Shown here one piece after another: positions 10,140-19,775 of a DNA stretch of 64,000 bases. This DNA is from an uncultured Chloroflexia bacterium (GTDB lineage: Bacteria; Chloroflexota; Limnocylindria; Limnocylindrales; CSP1-4): the NCBI GenBank assembly GCA_963746845.1, contig CAVVCZ010000006.1, forward strand, positions 352,001 to 416,000, written 5' to 3'. Each line of letters starts with the position of its first letter. Within the stretch, counting starts at the first letter, position 1. The position numbers were made by a program, and so were the translations under genes. Under the pieces are notes generated by a model, which searched no databases, was not told the DNA's origin, and was given only the letters and a program-made list of their open reading frames with translations.

Positions 10140-11456
10140 TTACGGGTTGGCAGCCGCGTCCGTCAGGGCCTTGCAGGCCGTGGCCGGATCCGACTTGCCG
10201 AGGAACAGCGCGACGGTCGCATCGTTCACCACGGCGCCGACGGATGGCGGCACGGCCTGGTCGAGGTACAGCTGGATGAACTTCGCCTGGTCGCGACCAG
10301 CCAGGACGGCCTGGAGGTTCGGGTCCGTGATCGAGCCGCCTGTGCCGTTGACCGGCGACATGCCGATGCCGGACGTGTTGAGCTTGTTCGCGTTGTCCGT
10401 GTTCACGAAGAACTTCAGGAAGTCGACCGCCTCCGGCGGCGCGTCCTTCTTGACCGCGATGCCGTTGCCGCCACCGACGCCGTCCGTCGCGGCGCCGGCA
10501 CCGCCGGCCACGCTCGGGAACGGGAACCAGCCGAGCTTGTCCCCGAGACCCTTCTTGTCGGCGCTGTTGTCATTCTGGACCGCCGGCGCCCACTGACCCA
10601 TCACCTCCATGGCGGCCTTGCCGTTGCCGACTGCCGCGGCTTCGTTGGGGTAGGTCGCGCTCGCGTACCCGGCCTGGTACGGGTCGAGCTTGTTCAAGGC
10701 AAGGACCTGGTCACCGGCCTTCGTGCAGGCGTCGGTGTTGTAGTTGCCCGACTGGATCATCTGCTTGAGGGCGTCACCGCCCCCGATCCGCAGGACGAGG
10801 TACGTCCACAGGTGCATGGACGGCCATTTGTCCTTGCCGGCGATCGCCAACGGCGCGACGCCGGACTGCTTGAGCTTCTGGACGTCGGCAAGGAAGTCGT
10901 CCCACGTGGTCGGCGGGGCGGAGATCCCGGCCTTCGAGAAGAGATCCTTGTTGTACCAGACGCCCATCATGCCCATGTCCCACGGCAGGCCGTACTGCTT
11001 GCCGTCGATCGCATAGATGCCGAGAGCGCCGGGGTTGATCGTGTCCTTGATCGATGCGACATCGCTCGTGATGTCCTTCAGGAGGCCCGCCTGAGCCTGG
11101 GCGGCCATCCCGCCGCCCCCCCACGACTGGAACAGGTCCGGATAGTCGGCCGGTGCCGTCGCCGTGAGCTTGGCCTTGTAGGGCTCGTTCTCCAGGACCG
11201 TGATCTTGATCGTGACGTTCGGGTGATCCTTCATGTAGGCGTCGGCGTATGACTGGAAGAGAGGCTTGCCCACCTTGTCGGTGGTGATGTGCCACCAGTT
11301 GATGGTCACGGCCTGGGCCGACGCGCCGGGGGCGGTCGACGCGCCGGGGGCGGTCGACGCGCCGGCCGACGGCGATGGGGTCGCGGAGCCCGAACAGGCT
11401 CCGAAGACGATCGCGGTTGTCGCGAGCAACACCGCAATCCGATAGCGGGATCTCAT
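10140..11456 (-). CDS. Sugar ABC transporter solute-binding lipoprotein (BxlE-like)
   Basis: GAGGAGG RBS, lipobox VFGAC, S/A/P linker, PDLFQSWGGG, WYNKDLF, PPTTWDD. Confidence 0.92.
   Translation of the reverse strand: MRSRYRIAVLLATTAIVFGACSGSATPSPSAGASTAPGASTAPGASAQAVTINWWHITTDKVGKPLFQSYADAYMKDHPNVTIKITVLENEPYKAKLTATAPADYPDLFQSWGGGGMAAQAQAGLLKDITSDVASIKDTINPGALGIYAIDGKQYGLPWDMGMMGVWYNKDLFSKAGISAPPTTWDDFLADVQKLKQSGVAPLAIAGKDKWPSMHLWTYLVLRIGGGDALKQMIQSGNYNTDACTKAGDQVLALNKLDPYQAGYASATYPNEAAAVGNGKAAMEVMGQWAPAVQNDNSADKKGLGDKLGWFPFPSVAGGAGAATDGVGGGNGIAVKKDAPPEAVDFLKFFVNTDNANKLNTSGIGMSPVNGTGGSITDPNLQAVLAGRDQAKFIQLYLDQAVPPSVGAVVNDATVALFLGKSDPATACKALTDAAANP
11320..11365. repeat. 18-bp tandem repeat (about 2.5 copies) encoding the ASTAPG linker
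   Basis: GACGCGCCGGGGGCGGTC x2 followed by GACGCGCCGG. Confidence 0.85.
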
Positions 11457-11602
11457 TGGCTCAGCCTCCTCAGTTGACAACGGCACGGCGGACGAGTGGC
11501 CCAGTCGGCGATGACGGTGCCCTCCCCGGCGTCGATCCCCGTCCCGCCAGGAGGAGTACCGGCGGGACGGGCTCGACGATCAGCCAATCTGTGGATGCTT
11601 GC

Positions 11603-11786
11603 CGAAACTTCATCTCCCATGCCGTGCGGTCCCGCACTCCTCCTCGAAAGTTGCGGAAACGATGACGATAATTTCGGCTAGGTCACTCTAGAGGCGCCCT
11701 TCGGGACCTGTCAATCCCGGAAATGCGCGCACGGCATGATCCCGATATCGCCACTCAACGGTCCGCGCGGTCGTTCGAAACTTTCG
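11603..11786. promoter_or_regulatory. Cluster of LacI (BxlR-like) operator sites CGAA-N3-TTCG
   Basis: CGAAACTTTCG (11776), CGATAATTTCG (11666), CGAAAGTTGCG (11645), CGAAACTTCAT (11603). Confidence 0.65.
11685..11714 (-). promoter_or_regulatory. sigma70-type promoter of the xylo-oligosaccharide operon
   Basis: Minus strand reads TTGACA-N18-TAGAGT. Confidence 0.7.
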
Positions 11787-11817
11787 CTGACTGTCGGGAG
11801 TCGCTACACTGCCCGCC

Positions 11818-12852
11818 ATGAGCACGGCCGTCCGGTCGGCGCCCCGCCGATCTGCCCAACCGACGACCATCGCGGATATCGCCCGGGACGCGGGCGTGTC
11901 CGTACCCACCGTCTCGAAGGTGATCAACGGAAGGTCCGATGTGGCCGCCGAGACACGGCGCCGCGTGGAGGCGGCGATCCGCGAGCGCGGGTACCAGCGG
12001 TCGGCGGGCTCGCGGCAGCGGGCGCCGCTCCTCGAGGTGATCTTCCACGAGCTCGAATCGGAGTGGGCCCTCGAGATCGTCCGCGGCGTCGAACGGGTCG
12101 CGGGACAGCATCACCTGGCCGTCGTCCTGAGCGAGATGCAGGGCCGACGGACACCGGGTCGCGGCTGGATCGAGGGTGTCCTCGCGCGCCGGCCGACGGG
12201 CGTGATCGCCGTCTTCTCGGACCTCAGCGACGCCATGCGGACGCAGCTCGCGAGCCGCGGCATCCCGTACGTCATCGTGGACCCGACCGGCGAGCCGCTT
12301 CACGACACGCCGTCGGTCGGGGCGACGAACTGGAACGGCGGGCTGACGGCGACGCGCCATCTCCTGGGGCTCGGCCATCGACGGATCGGGGTGATCGGCG
12401 GGCCGGACTGGATCCTCTGTAGCCGCGCCCGGATCGACGGCTATCGCGCCGCCATGGACGAGGCCGGCGTCCCGATCAACCCTGATCTGATCAGCTATGG
12501 CCGCTTCCACGTCGAGGAGGGGGTCGAGAAGGGCCGCGCGTTGCTGCGCCTCAAGGATCGCCCGACGGCGATCTTCGCCGGCAATGACCTCCAGGCGCTC
12601 GGGGTCTACCAGGCCGCCCGCGAGGCCCGGCTCCACATTCCCGAGGACCTGAGCGTGGTCGGCTTCGACGATCTGCCGGTCGCGCAGTGGGTCGGGCCGC
12701 CGCTGACCACGGTCCGCCAGCCGCTGATGGACATGGCGACCGCCGCCGCCGAGACGGTGGTGCTGATGGCCGCCGGGGAGGTCCCGGCCCAGACCCGGGT
12801 CGAGCTATCCACGGAGCTCGTTGTCCGAGAGAGCACCGCGCCACCGGCTTGA
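11818..12852 (+). CDS. LacI-family transcriptional regulator (BxlR-like)
   Basis: HTH TIADIARDAGVSVPTVSKVIN, LSVVGFDD, PPLTTVRQP, LVVREST. TACACT lies 7 nt before the ATG. Confidence 0.95.
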   Translation: MSTAVRSAPRRSAQPTTIADIARDAGVSVPTVSKVINGRSDVAAETRRRVEAAIRERGYQRSAGSRQRAPLLEVIFHELESEWALEIVRGVERVAGQHHLAVVLSEMQGRRTPGRGWIEGVLARRPTGVIAVFSDLSDAMRTQLASRGIPYVIVDPTGEPLHDTPSVGATNWNGGLTATRHLLGLGHRRIGVIGGPDWILCSRARIDGYRAAMDEAGVPINPDLISYGRFHVEEGVEKGRALLRLKDRPTAIFAGNDLQALGVYQAAREARLHIPEDLSVVGFDDLPVAQWVGPPLTTVRQPLMDMATAAAETVVLMAAGEVPAQTRVELSTELVVRESTAPPA

Positions 12853-12872
12853 GGCTGTCGCGGCTGGACGAC

Positions 12873-13218
12873 GCTGGACTGCGTTGCCGGCTGCGCTGCT
12901 CGCTCACGGGCCTCCAAGCCCGCTCGCTCCGCTGCTCCCCGGCGCCTTGCCAGCCTCGCCCTGCCGCGACGAACGCAGTCTTGTGCCGCGGGGCTGTCGC
13001 CGCGCCGCGCCGCGCCGTGCCGGCGCCGCGCGTAGCCCGTGCCCGCCATCCACGGCGTTTCGGTCATGCGACCACCAGGCGGGCGTTCGTCACGCGATTC
13101 GTGTCATCTGATCGCGTGACAGGTCGGATGGCAGAAGTCCGCCCGGATTCGTGCGGGGCCATCGTCGTGAGACCCGCGATCCGTTGCCGTACGACCGGGT
13201 GGAGGTCGGATGACAGAA
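12873..13218. repeat. REP-like palindromic elements between convergent genes
   Basis: Nested IR 12873-12954, 10-bp IR 13089-13120, direct repeat AGGTCGGATGRCAGAA at 13121 and 13203. Confidence 0.5.
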
Positions 13219-13262
13219 ACTGCCGCGGGCGACGCGGTGCGTGCCGGGATGAAGGCCCCCGA

Positions 13263-14516
13263 TCAGGCCGGGGCGAGCTCCGTCGGGTCGCCGGCGGCGA
13301 GCCACTGGCCGATTGCCTCGCGGGAGAACACCTCGCCGACGACCATCGACGACGCCCCGATGACGCCCGCAAGTCCGCCCAGCGACGAGCGCTGGATCAG
13401 CAGGTCGCGGGTCGCGAGCGGCAGGGACCGGCGATAGACCGTCTCGCGGATGGAGGCGAGGAGCTGGTCCGGGCTGTTGGCGACCCCGCCGCCGATCACG
13501 ATCAGGGACGGGTTGAAGAAGTTCACGACGCTCGCGAGCATCGAGCCGACGAGCCGCCCCGCCTCCTGGAGCATGGCGACCGCCACGGGATCGCCGGACG
13601 ATGCGGCCCGGGCGACATCCTCCGCGGTGACCCGGCCGCGCTGGTCGAGGGCGGTCCGCAGCCGGGCGCTCCGGCCATCGCGCGCCGCCGCCTCCCCGAG
13701 CTGGCCCAGCGCCGCGCCACCGGCGCGTGCCTCGAGGCAGCCGATGTTGCCGCAGCGGCAGACGACCGAGGGGTCCTCGACGACCTGGATGTGGCCGACA
13801 TCCCCCGCACTCCCCTGGGCCCCGCGATGGAGCCGGCCACTGGAGATGATCCCGGCGCCGATCCCCGTCCCGATCTTCACGACGACGACGTCGTCATGGC
13901 CGGCCGCCACGCCGGACCGCCACTCACCGAGGGCCAGGACGTTGACGTCGTTGTCGACCCAGACCGGCGCCCGGTGACGGGCGGCGAACCGCTCGCGGAT
14001 CGGGTAGCGGTCCCAGCCCGGCATGATCGGTGGCGAGATCGGTCGGCCGGTCGCGAACTCCACCGGCCCCGGCACGGCGATCCCGATTCCCCACAGCCGG
14101 CCCGGGACGGCGTGGGTCGTCGCGAGCAGCTGGTCGAACAGCACCTCGACCCGGCCGAGACCCACCTCCGGCCCGGCCGCGATATCGGCCGGCTCGTCGT
14201 GGTGGCCAAGGATCCGGCCGTCTAGCGTCGTGATCGCGACATCGACGCTCGTCGCGCCGAGATCGGCAACGAGGACGTGTCCGGCACCGGCCTGGAACGA
14301 CAGCTGACGGGCGGGCCGGCCGCCGGTCGATGGGCCCGGGTCGCCCTCGACAACGAGCCCGCGCTCGATCAGCTCGCCCACCCGCTGGGCAACGATCGCT
14401 CGCCCAAGACCCGTTCGCTCGACCAGCTCCGAGCGCGACCGCGATCGGCCCAGGCGGATCTCGTCCAGAACGAGCACCAGCGCGTCGAGGGCCTCATCGG
14501 GCAGCGGGCCGACCAT
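13263..14516 (-). CDS. ROK-family transcriptional regulator (HTH plus ROK)
   Basis: RSELVERTGLGRAIV HTH, STGGRP, DNDVN, GTGIGAG, CRCGNIGCLE. TATGAT lies 7 nt before the ATG. Confidence 0.92.
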   Translation of the reverse strand: MVGPLPDEALDALVLVLDEIRLGRSRSRSELVERTGLGRAIVAQRVGELIERGLVVEGDPGPSTGGRPARQLSFQAGAGHVLVADLGATSVDVAITTLDGRILGHHDEPADIAAGPEVGLGRVEVLFDQLLATTHAVPGRLWGIGIAVPGPVEFATGRPISPPIMPGWDRYPIRERFAARHRAPVWVDNDVNVLALGEWRSGVAAGHDDVVVVKIGTGIGAGIISSGRLHRGAQGSAGDVGHIQVVEDPSVVCRCGNIGCLEARAGGAALGQLGEAAARDGRSARLRTALDQRGRVTAEDVARAASSGDPVAVAMLQEAGRLVGSMLASVVNFFNPSLIVIGGGVANSPDQLLASIRETVYRRSLPLATRDLLIQRSSLGGLAGVIGASSMVVGEVFSREAIGQWLAAGDPTELAPA

Positions 14517-14553
14517 CCCCCGGATCATACCGTTGGACAGTCTGCGGAACGAC

Positions 14554-14578
14554 ACTTTTGCACTTGACGGGACAAAGT
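14554..14578. promoter_or_regulatory. Putative ROK operator in the divergent promoter region
   Basis: AT-rich imperfect palindrome ACTTTTG-N12-CAAAGT enclosing TTGACG. Confidence 0.55.
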
Positions 14579-14735
14579 AGGATGTACAGCAGTCAAACCG
14601 TCCTGGCCTGCTGGCAACCGACCACCCGCCCGATCGCCGATCGGCCACGGGTGGGTGCGACCAGGCGGCATCGCCAGCACTCTAGATCGTCTAGACAACC
14701 GGCCGATCACCTCGTAGGCCTCCGTCAGGAGCTGG

Positions 14736-15977
14736 ATGAGCAGGTTCGCCGACATCGGTGCCGCCGTCATCGGCACGGGTTTCATCGGGACGGTCCACGT
14801 CGAGGAGCTTCGGCGGATCGGCGTCGACGTCCGCGGCGTCCTGGGCAGCACACCCGAGCGCGGTGCTGCCCGGGCCGCCGCCCTCAGTGTCAACCACGCC
14901 TACGGATCCCTCGACGAGATCCTCGCCGACCCGACCGTCGACGTCGTCCACGTCACGTCGCCGAACCACCTCCACGTGCCCCAGGCGTCGGCGATCCTCG
15001 CAGCCGGCAAGCACGTGGTCTGCGAGAAGCCCCTGGCGATGACGGCCGTCGACTCCGCCGGTCTGGTGCGTGAGGCCGAGGCGAGCGGCCTCGTCAATGC
15101 GGTGAACTTCAACATCCGGTTCTACCCGCTCCACCAGCACGTCCGCGAGTCCGTGGCCGCCGGCGACCTCGGTGAGGTGCGGTTCGTGACGGGCCACTAC
15201 TTCCAGGACTGGCTGCTCCTCGACACGGACTGGAACTGGCGGCTCGAGCCCGACAAGGGTGGTGCGCTGCGCGCCGTCGGCGACATCGGCTCGCATTGGC
15301 TGGACCTGATGGCCTTCCTCACCGGCCAGTCCGTCGTCTCGGTCATGGCGGACCTCGCGACGTTCGTCACGACGCGGCACGAGCCGACGGGACCGGTCGA
15401 GACCTTCTCGACCGACCGATCGGCCGACACGGTCGAGCGGCCGATGGGCACCGAGGACGTCGCCACGATCCTCCTGCGGTTCGCGAACGGCGCCCGCGGA
15501 TCCGTCGCGGTGTCGCAGATCAGCGCCGGCCGCAAGAACTCGCTCCAGTGGGAGATCGACGGCTCGGACGGCGCCGCGGCCTGGGACAGCGAGACGCCGG
15601 ATCACCTCTGGCTCGGCCACCGCGACCGGCCCAACGAGATCCTCCTCCGGAACCCTGCGCTCATGGGCCCCGCCGGTCGCGCCGCGGCCGCGCTGCCGGG
15701 CGGCCATGTCGAGGGGTTCGGCGACACGTTCGCGGCGCTGTTCCGGGCGATCTATGCCGACGTCATCGTCGGTCACCCGAACCCCCACCCGCCGTACGCG
15801 ACGTTCGCGGCCGGCCACGACGAGATGCTCGTCAACGACGCGATCGCGCTCAGCGCCCACGCGGGCCGCTGGGTCGACGTCGATCGCACCAGCTCGCCCG
15901 CGACGCCGGTCGGTCCCTCCTCACCGGCCGGCGCACGCGGCGACCTCCTGACCACCGCCTCGGAGGGATCCCGATGA
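14736..15977 (+). CDS. Gfo/Idh/MocA-family oxidoreductase
   Basis: IGTGFIG, HVVCEKPL, GDIGSHWLD. AGGAG RBS. Confidence 0.92.
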   Translation: MSRFADIGAAVIGTGFIGTVHVEELRRIGVDVRGVLGSTPERGAARAAALSVNHAYGSLDEILADPTVDVVHVTSPNHLHVPQASAILAAGKHVVCEKPLAMTAVDSAGLVREAEASGLVNAVNFNIRFYPLHQHVRESVAAGDLGEVRFVTGHYFQDWLLLDTDWNWRLEPDKGGALRAVGDIGSHWLDLMAFLTGQSVVSVMADLATFVTTRHEPTGPVETFSTDRSADTVERPMGTEDVATILLRFANGARGSVAVSQISAGRKNSLQWEIDGSDGAAAWDSETPDHLWLGHRDRPNEILLRNPALMGPAGRAAAALPGGHVEGFGDTFAALFRAIYADVIVGHPNPHPPYATFAAGHDEMLVNDAIALSAHAGRWVDVDRTSSPATPVGPSSPAGARGDLLTTASEGSR

Positions 15978-16888
15978 GGCTCGGCCTGCTGACGGCGCCG
16001 TTCCCGGACACCTCGCTCGACGACGTCGCCGACTGGACTGCGGCCAACGGCTTCGAGTCGATCGAGATCGCCTGCTGGCCGCGCGCCGGCGGCGACGCGC
16101 GCCGGTATGCCGGCACCTCGCACATCGACGTCGTCAACCTGACGAAGGCCGGCGCCGACGAGATCGTCGGCCGGATGAACGAGCGCGGCCTGGTGATCTC
16201 CGGTCTCGGCTACTACCCGAACCCGCTCGACCCGGACCCGGCCCATCGGGACATGGTCATCGGCCACCTGAAGCACGTGATGACCGCCGGCGAGCTGATG
16301 GGCGTCCCGCTCGTCAACACCTTCATGGGTGGCGACGCCGCGAAGACCCAGGACCAGAACTGGGAGGACGTTCTCCGGATCTGGCCGGACATCGTGTCCT
16401 TCGCGAACGACCACGGCCGGAAGATCACGATCGAGAACTGCCCGATGCTGTTCAGCGAGGACGAGTGGCCGGGCGGCCACAACATCGCCACGAACCCGCG
16501 GATCTGGCGGCGGATCCTCGAGGAGTGGGGCGGGACGATCGGGCTGAACTTCGACCCGTCGCACCTCGTCCTCCAGATGATCGACATCCCCCGGTTCATC
16601 CGCGAGTTCGGGCCGCACATCCTCCACGTTCAGGCGAAGGACCTCTGGATCGATCGCGAGGGGCTCTACGAGCGGGGCGTGTTCTCGATGGGGATCGGCT
16701 GGCAGGTGCCGCGGCTCCCGGGGCTCGGCGACGTCGACTGGTCCGACCTGTTCGGGGCGCTGTGGCGCGCCGGCTACGACGGCGACGTGATCATCGAGCA
16801 CGAGGACCGCGACTTCGAGAAGACCGACGACCTGGTCAAGCGCGGCTTCCTGCTGGCTCGTGACGTCCTGCGTCCGTACATCAAGTGA
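15974..16888 (+). CDS. Sugar phosphate isomerase/epimerase (xylose-isomerase-like TIM barrel)
   Basis: IENCPM, NFDPSH, HVQAKD, PGLGDVDW, IIEHED metal ligands. Confidence 0.9.
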   Translation: MRLGLLTAPFPDTSLDDVADWTAANGFESIEIACWPRAGGDARRYAGTSHIDVVNLTKAGADEIVGRMNERGLVISGLGYYPNPLDPDPAHRDMVIGHLKHVMTAGELMGVPLVNTFMGGDAAKTQDQNWEDVLRIWPDIVSFANDHGRKITIENCPMLFSEDEWPGGHNIATNPRIWRRILEEWGGTIGLNFDPSHLVLQMIDIPRFIREFGPHILHVQAKDLWIDREGLYERGVFSMGIGWQVPRLPGLGDVDWSDLFGALWRAGYDGDVIIEHEDRDFEKTDDLVKRGFLLARDVLRPYIK

Positions 16889-17640
16889 GTGCGATGCCCT
16901 TCACCGTCGAGACGCTGACCGAGCGCGAGATCGGGAAGACGATCGACCACTCGCTGCTCCGGCCGGAGCTCGACGACGCGTTCGTCGAGGATGGCTGCCG
17001 GCTGGCTGCGCGCTACGACGTCGCGTCCGTGTGCGTGCCGCCCGTCCACGTCCGGCGCGCCGGCAGGATCCTCGCCGGCACGGACGTGAAGGTCGGGACG
17101 GTCGTCGGGTTCCCCCACGGGTACTGCACGACCGAGACGAAAGTCGCCGAGACGCGCCAGGCGCTCGCCGATGGCGCCACCGAGATCGACATGGTCATCC
17201 AGATCGGGGCGTTGAAGTCCGGCCGGGACGCCGACGTCGAGGCGGACATCCGGGCGGTTGTCCAGGCGGCCCACGCCGGCGGCGCGATCGTCAAGGTGAT
17301 CTTCGAGAACGCCTACCTGACGGACGACGAGAAGATCCGGGCGTGCCACGCCACCGAGGCAGCCGGCGCGGAGTTCGTGAAGACGAGCACCGGGTTCGCC
17401 CCGTCCGGCGCCACCCACGATGACCTCCGGCTCATGCGCGCGAACACCTCGCCGCGCATCGCGGTGAAGGCGGCCGGCGGCGTGCGGACGCTCGACGCCC
17501 TGATCGACGTGATGAACCTCGGGGTGACGAGGATCGGCGCCACGGCCACTGCCGCGATCATCGACGACTTCCGGGCGCGCAAGGCCGGGCGGACACCCGT
17601 CGTCGCCCGGGCCGGCGGCGACTCGAGCACGGACGAGTGA
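16885..17640 (+). CDS. deoC: Deoxyribose-phosphate aldolase
   Basis: IDHSLLRP, VGFPHG, EIDMVI, KVIFE, FVKTSTGF, VKAAGGVR, RIGA. Confidence 0.93.
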   Translation: MSAMPFTVETLTEREIGKTIDHSLLRPELDDAFVEDGCRLAARYDVASVCVPPVHVRRAGRILAGTDVKVGTVVGFPHGYCTTETKVAETRQALADGATEIDMVIQIGALKSGRDADVEADIRAVVQAAHAGGAIVKVIFENAYLTDDEKIRACHATEAAGAEFVKTSTGFAPSGATHDDLRLMRANTSPRIAVKAAGGVRTLDALIDVMNLGVTRIGATATAAIIDDFRARKAGRTPVVARAGGDSSTDE

Positions 17641-18461
17641 TGCCGGTGACCGTGAGCCACACGCTGGACTGGCTGACCGCCGCCTGCGCCGTGCTCGACG
17701 AGCTGGCGACCACCCAGGCCGACGCGATCGAGACGGCGAGCCAGTGGTCGGCGGAGGCGATCGCCGCCGACGGGCTCGTGCATCTCTTCGGGACCGGCCA
17801 TTCCCGGATCCCGGTCGAGGAGATGTTCCCGCGCTACGGCTCGTACCCGGGCTTCAACCCGATGGTCGAGCTGTCGATGACGTTCCACACCCAGGTCGTC
17901 GGCGCGAACGGCCAGCGCCAGGCGATGTACATCGAGCGGACGCCGGGGCTCGCCGAGGTGATCCTCTCGAACTTCGCCTTCGGCCCGTCGGACGTGATGA
18001 TGGTCTTCTCGGCCGGTGGCACGACGGCCGTGCCGGTCGAGATGGCCCGTGGCGCGCGGGCCCGGGGCCTGCGGGTGATCGCGGTGACGGCCGTTCGGGA
18101 ATCCCGATCCGCGCCCGTCGACCCCGCGGTAGGATCGCGCCTCCTCGACGAGGCGGACCTGGTGATCGACCTCTGCACGCCCGAGGCGGACGCTCTGTCC
18201 TGGATCGAGGGACTTGACACGCCGGTCGGACCGGGGTCGACTATCGCGGCCGTCGCCATCGTCAACTCCATCAAGGTTCGGGTCGCGGAGCTCCTCGTGG
18301 CCCGCGGCGCGATGCCACCCGTCATCACCCGAGCGTCGGTCGTAGGCGCCGACCGCTCGCGGGATCTCTTCGAAAACGCCTACCGTGAGCATGCGCGGCG
18401 GATCGCTCGTGCCATCAGCGGAACGCATGATGGCTCCGGGAGTCAGCCGCAGGAGGTGTGA
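17637..18461 (+). CDS. SIS-domain sugar isomerase-like protein
   Basis: HLFGTGHS, FSAGG, VIAVT, DLVIDL, VGPGST. Confidence 0.85.
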   Translation: MMPVTVSHTLDWLTAACAVLDELATTQADAIETASQWSAEAIAADGLVHLFGTGHSRIPVEEMFPRYGSYPGFNPMVELSMTFHTQVVGANGQRQAMYIERTPGLAEVILSNFAFGPSDVMMVFSAGGTTAVPVEMARGARARGLRVIAVTAVRESRSAPVDPAVGSRLLDEADLVIDLCTPEADALSWIEGLDTPVGPGSTIAAVAIVNSIKVRVAELLVARGAMPPVITRASVVGADRSRDLFENAYREHARRIARAISGTHDGSGSQPQEV

Positions 18462-18550
18462 CGATCGTTCGGCTCGTTGGTTCCCGTGGGGGCCAGGAAG
18501 CTCGTCGGCGCGACCAGATCGGCGCGCCGCCACACAGGAGGAGAGATCGA

Positions 18551-19702
18551 ATGGGCAAGCCAGGAGGCAGCGGACGGCTGCTGACGGGCGTCGTCGCCAT
18601 CATGTTGGCGACGGCGGCCTGCTCCAGCGCCGCGACACCCTCGCCCTCGGCCGGCGGTTCGGCGGGGGCGGGAGCGTCAGGCGGCGTCGCGGCCGGGAGC
18701 AACACACTCGGCTATTCGAACGGCGGCGGCGTCGGCAACGGCTTCCGCGAGGAGCAGGTCTGCACGGCCAAGGCCCAGTGGGCGGCGTCGGGCGGCTCGG
18801 CCTCGAACCTGACGGTCATCCATCGCAACACGGATGCCGCTGGCCAGCTGTCGGACCTCCGGTCCCTGATCGCCAAGAATGTCAAGGCGATCGTGTTCAA
18901 TCCGAACGATCCCAAGGCGTTGAACCCGGCGCTTGCCGAGGCGAACGCCGCAGGCATCAAGACGGTCTCGGTCGACGCCTACGTCACCGATCCGACCACG
19001 TACAACCTCTACAACAACCAGGTGAAGTACGCGGAGCTCGGCGCCAAGTGGCTGTTCGATCAGCTCGGCGGAACCGGCACCGTCTGGTACACCCGCGGCA
19101 TCGCCGGCAACCCGGCCGACTCCGACCGTGACAAGGGCTTCAAGAACGTCCTGAAGAACTACCCGAACATCAAGGTCGTTCCGACCGCCGACGGCGTGTT
19201 CACCAAGTGGGACCCGGCGACCGCGACGACGCTGACCAACGACTTCATCTCGAGCGGCCAGTACGACAAGATCAACGGGATCTGGGCGTCCGGCATGGGC
19301 AAGCAGATCATCGACGCCGTCAAGGCGGCGAACAAGCCGTTCGTGCCGATCGCCGACGCTGATGTCGGCGGCTTCGTCACACAGCTGCTCGATCCCACGA
19401 ACTTCCCGGGCCTCAAGGGCGCGGCCGTCACCAACACCGCCGCCGTCGGCGGCGCGGGTGTCACGCTCGCCCTGAAGCTCCTGAGCGGCCAGACCGTCAC
19501 CACCTCGCCGGACGCCCCGCAGGCCAACACGGTCCTGCTGGATCCGGTCCTGGTCGACAACCTGACCGACGCGGGCAAGGCCCAGCTGAAGGCCTGGCAA
19601 TCGGTGCCGGGCATGGATCCGCTGTGGCCGCTCAGCCTGTCGATCGACGGCTGGACGACCTACGATCCGAACACGGTTCCGTCGTCCTGCAAGGGCGCCT
19701 GA
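18551..19702 (+). CDS. Sugar ABC transporter substrate-binding lipoprotein (CUT2)
   Basis: AGGAGGAG RBS, lipobox TAAC, GYSNGGGVGNGFREE, type-1 PBP pattern. Confidence 0.88.
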   Translation: MGKPGGSGRLLTGVVAIMLATAACSSAATPSPSAGGSAGAGASGGVAAGSNTLGYSNGGGVGNGFREEQVCTAKAQWAASGGSASNLTVIHRNTDAAGQLSDLRSLIAKNVKAIVFNPNDPKALNPALAEANAAGIKTVSVDAYVTDPTTYNLYNNQVKYAELGAKWLFDQLGGTGTVWYTRGIAGNPADSDRDKGFKNVLKNYPNIKVVPTADGVFTKWDPATATTLTNDFISSGQYDKINGIWASGMGKQIIDAVKAANKPFVPIADADVGGFVTQLLDPTNFPGLKGAAVTNTAAVGGAGVTLALKLLSGQTVTTSPDAPQANTVLLDPVLVDNLTDAGKAQLKAWQSVPGMDPLWPLSLSIDGWTTYDPNTVPSSCKGA

Positions 19703-19726
19703 ACCGCATCCGATCCAGTTCATTCA

Positions 19727-19755
19727 CGGGGATGCCGGCTCCGCCGGCATCCCCG
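19727..19755 (+). terminator. Intercistronic stem-loop after the binding-protein gene
   Basis: 13-bp IR CGGGGATGCCGGC-tcc-GCCGGCATCCCCG. Confidence 0.6.
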
Positions 19756-19775
19756 GCTTGTTCGACAAGGACCGA

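Noticed and set aside
12853-13262. CRISPR array or small CDS in the repeat-containing spacer
   Set aside because: Only two or three short imperfect repeats with irregular spacing, no cas genes, and the ORFs lack SD sites and coding-like composition.
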